This document shows positions 59,354-64,000 of a DNA stretch of 64,000 nucleotides, one piece after another; position 1 is the first letter of the stretch, and every line of letters begins with the position of its first letter. The position numbers were made by a program, and so were the translations under genes. Origin of the DNA: an uncultured Candidatus Saccharibacteria bacterium. Lineage in GTDB: Bacteria; Patescibacteriota; WWE3; 2-01-FULL-39-13. Below the pieces are notes generated by a model that saw nothing but the letters and a program-made list of their open reading frames with translations, did no database searches and was not told the DNA's origin. The DNA lies in NCBI GenBank assembly GCA_964510925.1, contig CAZEDS010000003.1:19281-83280 (forward strand), given 5' to 3'.

Positions 59354-61651
59354 TTAGCCTTCGCAATTATCTATATCAAACTTATCTGGATCACGTTCTT
59401 CATCATATTTTGGATCTAAATGCTTATAAAGTTCGCTATCATCATCTTTATATTTACTCTTTACCCAATTATCTACAGCTTCTTGCCATTCAGGTCTTTC
59501 AGCTTTATATGAAGTATATGTTCGGTCTCGAACTTCACCATCTTTACAAATTTTAACTCTTACAAAAATATCTGATTTTGCTTTTGGCTCAGTACCTTTT
59601 ATAAAATATTCTCTACGGTTTTCTTCAACATCTTCATTTGCCTGCATACCAGAGACAGTCCCAACATATTGCTCAATGACGTCTTCAGGCTTTTTAAATT
59701 CTGTGTTTGGATGATCATCTAGATAATATTGCATAGATCGATGCCAAATAGGCGCAGCTCCTGTTAAACCAGATGCTAATCGGCTATTCATTTTTTCGCC
59801 ATCATTATTTCCAACCCAAACACCAATTGCAATGTCTGGAGTAAATCCGACGGTCCAGTTATCTTTTAGATCATTTGAAGTACCAGTTTTTACTGCAACT
59901 TTGTTACCTTTAAAAGCTAGTTGAGACCCAGTACCAAAAGCCATGGCTCTAGCATTATTGTCTGATAATATATCAGTAATTATCCAAACATTGCGTGAAT
60001 CCACAACTTGTGTACCTTCGTTCTCAATAACTTTTTCGATAAGCTGACCATCTGGACTTTTAATTTCTAAAATTGGATTAACATCTTTGTATTTTCCGCC
60101 TGCAGCCAAAGATGCATAAGTATTTGCTAAGTCTAATAAACGAACTTCGCCACCTCCAAGAGTTATTGCCAATCCGTGTTTTCTAGAATCATATTTAAAA
60201 TTTAAGCCTAATGAATTTGCTGTATCAACCATATTTTGGATTCCAACCAAATCTAAAGTTTTAACTGCTGTCACATTTACAGAGTTAGCTAACGCATATC
60301 TCATTTGTATTGGTCCTCTAAAGCCCCAACCGCCATAATTTTTTGGCTCATAAATTGGCGTTGATCCGTCTACTTTAAATTCTGTTGAAACATCATAAAA
60401 AACTGAAGAGGCAGTGTATCCTTGGTTTAAAGCTGTAAGGTAAGTAATTGGCTTAAGAGTAGAACCTGGCTGTCTATAACCTGTGGCAACATTAAATTTT
60501 CCATCAATTTCATTAGAATTATAATCAATAGAGCCAACCATCGCCAAAACCCCGCGAGTTTTTGGATCAATTGCGACTAAGGCGGCATTGGATAGATCTA
60601 AAGTTTTGGCTTTTGCGACTTCTTCTTGTGCAATTTTCTCAAATTCTTTTTGAAGACCTAAATCAAGTGAAGTTTTTACACTAAAACCACTTTTTTGCAC
60701 AATATCATCACCATATTTTTCATTTAATAAATTTAATACATACATTACAAAATGTGGTGCATTAATGATTCCAGTGTTTTTAACAAATTTGAGTTCTTCT
60801 TTTGTTGCTAAATCATATTCTTCTTGAGATATATGTTGTCTTACACGATTTTTGTCGTACCAACCGTTATCTTTCATCAACTTTAAAACATACAACTGCC
60901 TGTTTTTTGCTGCCTCCGGATTTTGATATGGATTATAGTAAGTTGGTCTCTGTGGAAGCCCAGCTAATAAAGCTGCTTCAGCAAGTGAAAGATTTGATGA
61001 GCTTTTTCCAAAATAGGTTTTTGCAGCTGCTTCAATACCATAAGTAGTACCACCATATGGTATTTCATTTAAATACATTTGAATTATTTCATCCTTTGTA
61101 TAGCTATTTTCAATTTGAAGAGCAAGAACGACATCTTTTACTTTTCGAGTTAGTGTTCTATCAGATGTTAATAAAGCTAATTTTGCAACTTGCTGTGTAA
61201 GTGTTGAACCACCTTGTTTTCCGCCACCTGACAAGGTTACGTATACGCTACGCATAATTCCAAATGGGTCTATACCTTCATGGTAATAAAAGTCACCGTC
61301 TTCTGCTGCTAATGTAGCATTAATAATATAAGGTGAAACTTCATTTAGCTTAACGAGTGTTCTATTTTGATCGCCATAAACTGAATATAATAGCTCTCCA
61401 TTTCGATCATAAATTTTTGTTGATTGATCTACTGACCGATTTGTTAATCGGGAAGGGGATGGCAAAATCGAAGAAAAAGCAGTAAAAACAAAGATAACTA
61501 CGGCACAAATAGTTACAGTGCCTAAAAGTCCAAGACCAGAAATAACGGCTATCAAATATAGGAATTTCTGTCTTTTTGAAAGTTTTTTAAAACTTACTTT
61601 ATCTGTTGGAACTTTAAAAGCTGAGCCAGCTCTGTTTAATACTTTTTGCAT
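59354..61651 (-). CDS. Class A penicillin-binding protein (second paralog)
   Basis: EDGDFYYH, GGSTLTQQ, GSTLKP, SVN, KTGT. Confidence 0.95.
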   Translation of the reverse strand: MQKVLNRAGSAFKVPTDKVSFKKLSKRQKFLYLIAVISGLGLLGTVTICAVVIFVFTAFSSILPSPSRLTNRSVDQSTKIYDRNGELLYSVYGDQNRTLVKLNEVSPYIINATLAAEDGDFYYHEGIDPFGIMRSVYVTLSGGGKQGGSTLTQQVAKLALLTSDRTLTRKVKDVVLALQIENSYTKDEIIQMYLNEIPYGGTTYGIEAAAKTYFGKSSSNLSLAEAALLAGLPQRPTYYNPYQNPEAAKNRQLYVLKLMKDNGWYDKNRVRQHISQEEYDLATKEELKFVKNTGIINAPHFVMYVLNLLNEKYGDDIVQKSGFSVKTSLDLGLQKEFEKIAQEEVAKAKTLDLSNAALVAIDPKTRGVLAMVGSIDYNSNEIDGKFNVATGYRQPGSTLKPITYLTALNQGYTASSVFYDVSTEFKVDGSTPIYEPKNYGGWGFRGPIQMRYALANSVNVTAVKTLDLVGIQNMVDTANSLGLNFKYDSRKHGLAITLGGGEVRLLDLANTYASLAAGGKYKDVNPILEIKSPDGQLIEKVIENEGTQVVDSRNVWIITDILSDNNARAMAFGTGSQLAFKGNKVAVKTGTSNDLKDNWTVGFTPDIAIGVWVGNNDGEKMNSRLASGLTGAAPIWHRSMQYYLDDHPNTEFKKPEDVIEQYVGTVSGMQANEDVEENRREYFIKGTEPKAKSDIFVRVKICKDGEVRDRTYTSYKAERPEWQEAVDNWVKSKYKDDDSELYKHLDPKYDEERDPDKFDIDNCEG

Positions 61652-61689
61652 ATCAAAAATAATTCTATCACCTCCTAACTTTCGTAGTC

Positions 61690-61711
61690 AGGTCTTAAAA
61701 GGTGCGACCTT
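61690..61711. repeat. Partial copy of the 43767 REP-like palindrome
   Basis: CTTAAAAGGTGCGACCTT (61694-61711) is identical to 43793-43810. Confidence 0.7.
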
Positions 61712-61770
61712 TAGCATACAGATACGAAGTTAAAAGATCAATCCTTATGGTAAAATATATTTCGCAATGT

Positions 61771-61857
61771 CCAAAGGTGGCGGAGCGGTCAATCGCAACA
61801 GACTGTAAATCTGTCGGGCCATGCCCTACGTAGGTTCGAACCCTACCCTTTGGACCA
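61771..61857 (+). tRNA. tRNA-Tyr(GTA) with C1:G72
   Basis: CCAAAGG...ACAGA-CT-GTA-AA-TCTGT, long variable arm, CCTTTGG-A-CCA. Confidence 0.93.
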
Positions 61858-61866
61858 TTTTAAAAA

Positions 61867-63072
61867 ATGGAAAAACATACAAAACCAATCAATACATTTC
61901 TTCAAAGCGAATTTGAACAAAAAGAAAGTGCATTTTCATCATCAAATATTAGTAACAATAAAAAATTATCCAAAAAATCACTTTTTATTATAATTGGCGT
62001 TTTAAGCGTAATCTCATTAGCTTTTGTTTCTTGGTATATTTTTATAAAACCAACTAAAAATATTGACTCACCAATCACAACTGCTAATTCAAATACAAAA
62101 AAAATAGATAAAGATGCAACACCAAACCCTGAGATCGCAAATCTTACAACAGAAGAAAGTCTTACCGATAACGCAAATAATATTGGAACATCTACTATAA
62201 AAAATGGTGTTAGCGAAAAGCTTTCTTTAAAAAACAATCGTGAAGCAAAAGCGCCTTCAGACACTTCCTCAAATTTTAATATTTTAATTTTAGGAATAGA
62301 TAGAAGATCTGGAGATCAAACAAGTTGGAGAACAGATGTTATTCAACTAATAACATTAAACCCAGAACGCACACGTGCCGTTCTAACACATATTCCAAGG
62401 GATGTATGGGCAGATAAATATAAAATAAACGCTATATATAACCTTTATGGTGCTGATGCAATCAAAGACCAGGTTGAAAATGTTACAGGTCAAAGACCGG
62501 ACAGAATAATTAGAATTGATTTTGATGCATTTGTATGGGCGGTTGATTCAGTTGGAGGATTAACTATTAATGTGCCAAATTCATTCACTGATGAATCATA
62601 CCCAAACGATAGAAAAGGAAAAGATGAACTTATTTCAGTTACTTTTGAAAAAGGCGAACAAAAAATGGACGGTGAAGAAGCTCTAATTTATGCAAGATCT
62701 AGAAAAGGAACAAATGGAGAGGGGAGTGATTATGCACGTGGGCTAAGACAACAATATATTATGGAGGCGATAATTGATGATTATTTTAAGCCTGATAATT
62801 TATTTAAAGAAAAAACACCTGAAACTCTTTATAAAATCGCAACTCAAAAAGTTTATACAGATATTACGTTAGCTGATATGCCGATTCTATATAACTTATT
62901 AAAAAGCTATGCGTCATTTAAAATGGAAAAATTGAGTTTAAACACTGCAAACTATCTTGAAGTTCCTGCAAACAGATCAAACTATGGTGGTGCATGGACA
63001 TTGGTTGCAAAAAACAATGACTATAAACCAATCCATGATAAAATAAGCTCTTTGGTGAACCACAAAGAATAA
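61867..63072 (+). CDS. LCP (LytR-CpsA-Psr) family protein
   Basis: NILILGID, RTDVI, IPRD, KINA, YARSR, DYARGLRQ. Confidence 0.93.
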   Translation: MEKHTKPINTFLQSEFEQKESAFSSSNISNNKKLSKKSLFIIIGVLSVISLAFVSWYIFIKPTKNIDSPITTANSNTKKIDKDATPNPEIANLTTEESLTDNANNIGTSTIKNGVSEKLSLKNNREAKAPSDTSSNFNILILGIDRRSGDQTSWRTDVIQLITLNPERTRAVLTHIPRDVWADKYKINAIYNLYGADAIKDQVENVTGQRPDRIIRIDFDAFVWAVDSVGGLTINVPNSFTDESYPNDRKGKDELISVTFEKGEQKMDGEEALIYARSRKGTNGEGSDYARGLRQQYIMEAIIDDYFKPDNLFKEKTPETLYKIATQKVYTDITLADMPILYNLLKSYASFKMEKLSLNTANYLEVPANRSNYGGAWTLVAKNNDYKPIHDKISSLVNHKE

Positions 63073-63217
63073 TTTGGACAACATTCAAAATATCCATAGA
63101 TATTATGAATAAGATTTGTTTATAATCTTTATTGTTACCAAATTGACAATGATAACCTTTTGAAAAAAAGATTAGGTTTGCTAAAATGCTAGTGATTTAT
63201 TTATTTTGGAATTATTA

Positions 63218-63949
63218 ATGTCTGGTATTCACGTATCCATTGCTCCTGAGACTGTTTTTCATCTCTTTGAAACTATTCCTGTTAGCAATGCGGTTTTTAC
63301 AACTATAATCGTTTCCGCCTTGATGGTTTTGTTTGCTTTAGTAATAAGAGCCTCGATTACATTTTTTCCTAGCTCAATGCAAGTATTCGCAGAAGTAATT
63401 GTTGGGTCATTATATGACCTAACTGAAAACATTACAGGCGGAAATGCAAAAAAGTTCTTTCCATTTATCGCAACGTTTTTTCTTTTTATTTTGTTTTCGA
63501 ATTGGGCTGGATTGCTTCCATTACTTGGAATAGGAATCCATGAAGATGGTAAATTAATACCATTTTTAAGACCTGCAACCACGGATATTAATGGAACTTT
63601 AGCAATGGCATTGATTTCTGTTTTAACAGCTCAATATATGGGAATAAAAGAACTTGGTATCTCAATGCATATATCTAAATATATAAATTTATCTTCACCA
63701 ATAAATTTTTTTGTAGGAATTCTAGAATTAGTTGGTGAGATTTCAAAAATAATATCTTTTTCGTTCCGTCTGTTTGGAAATATCTTTGCAGGTGAGGTAT
63801 TATTATCTGTTATGTTCTTTTTATTTCCATTGATTTTGCCTTTGCCATTTTTAGGGTTGGAAATATTTGTAGGATTCATACAAGCTGCCGTATTCTCGAT
63901 ACTTACGTTAGTGTTTTTTCAAATGGCGATAGAAAAGCCACACCATTAG
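63218..63949 (+). CDS. atpB: ATP synthase F0 subunit a
   Basis: SNWAGLLP, ISFSFRLFGNIFAGE, EIFVGFIQA. Confidence 0.96.
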   Translation: MSGIHVSIAPETVFHLFETIPVSNAVFTTIIVSALMVLFALVIRASITFFPSSMQVFAEVIVGSLYDLTENITGGNAKKFFPFIATFFLFILFSNWAGLLPLLGIGIHEDGKLIPFLRPATTDINGTLAMALISVLTAQYMGIKELGISMHISKYINLSSPINFFVGILELVGEISKIISFSFRLFGNIFAGEVLLSVMFFLFPLILPLPFLGLEIFVGFIQAAVFSILTLVFFQMAIEKPHH

Positions 63950-63976
63950 TTTAGTTATTTATTTAAATTTAAAAAT

Positions 63977-64000
63977 ATGGAATACACACAATTGGCAGCA
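63977..64000 (+). CDS. atpE: Probable ATP synthase subunit c, truncated by the window end
   Basis: MEYTQLAA immediately after atpB; assignment by synteny only. Confidence 0.55.

Noticed and set aside
5320-63879. Many 60-160 aa ORFs nested in or antisense to well-supported genes
   Set aside because: Typical shadow frames with no independent evidence.

Overview
AT-rich bacterial chromosome segment. Gene content and style point to a Patescibacteria/CPR organism (inference): trigger factor lacking its PPIase domain, shortened ThrS and PheT, tRNA-Tyr with C1:G72, tRNA-Arg(TCG), and few SD sites. Positions 1-6190 are the right end of an integrative element (large cargo ORF, XRE regulator, small ORFs, large serine recombinase) inserted at the 3' end of a tRNA-Gln. 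The rest is mostly core genome: two class A PBPs, polX, hrcA-grpE-dnaK-dnaJ, rsmA, a FemABX-like gene, a helicase-nuclease, trmD, trhO, sodA, a MacAB-like exporter, tig-clpP, pyrG, thrS-infC-rpmI-rplT-pheST, an LCP gene, atpB/atpE and 15 tRNA genes. The most unusual signals are: (1) modular 52-57 bp hairpin arrays starting at the CCA ends of three tRNA-Leu genes, each complete unit regenerating a CACCA end; (2) REP-like palindromes just upstream of tRNA genes; (3) a putative C50-carotenoid gene set; (4) an unannotated 42-aa Cys-containing secreted peptide in its own structured transcript; (5) candidate structured ncRNAs. Family assignments come from motif recognition by eye, not database searches.
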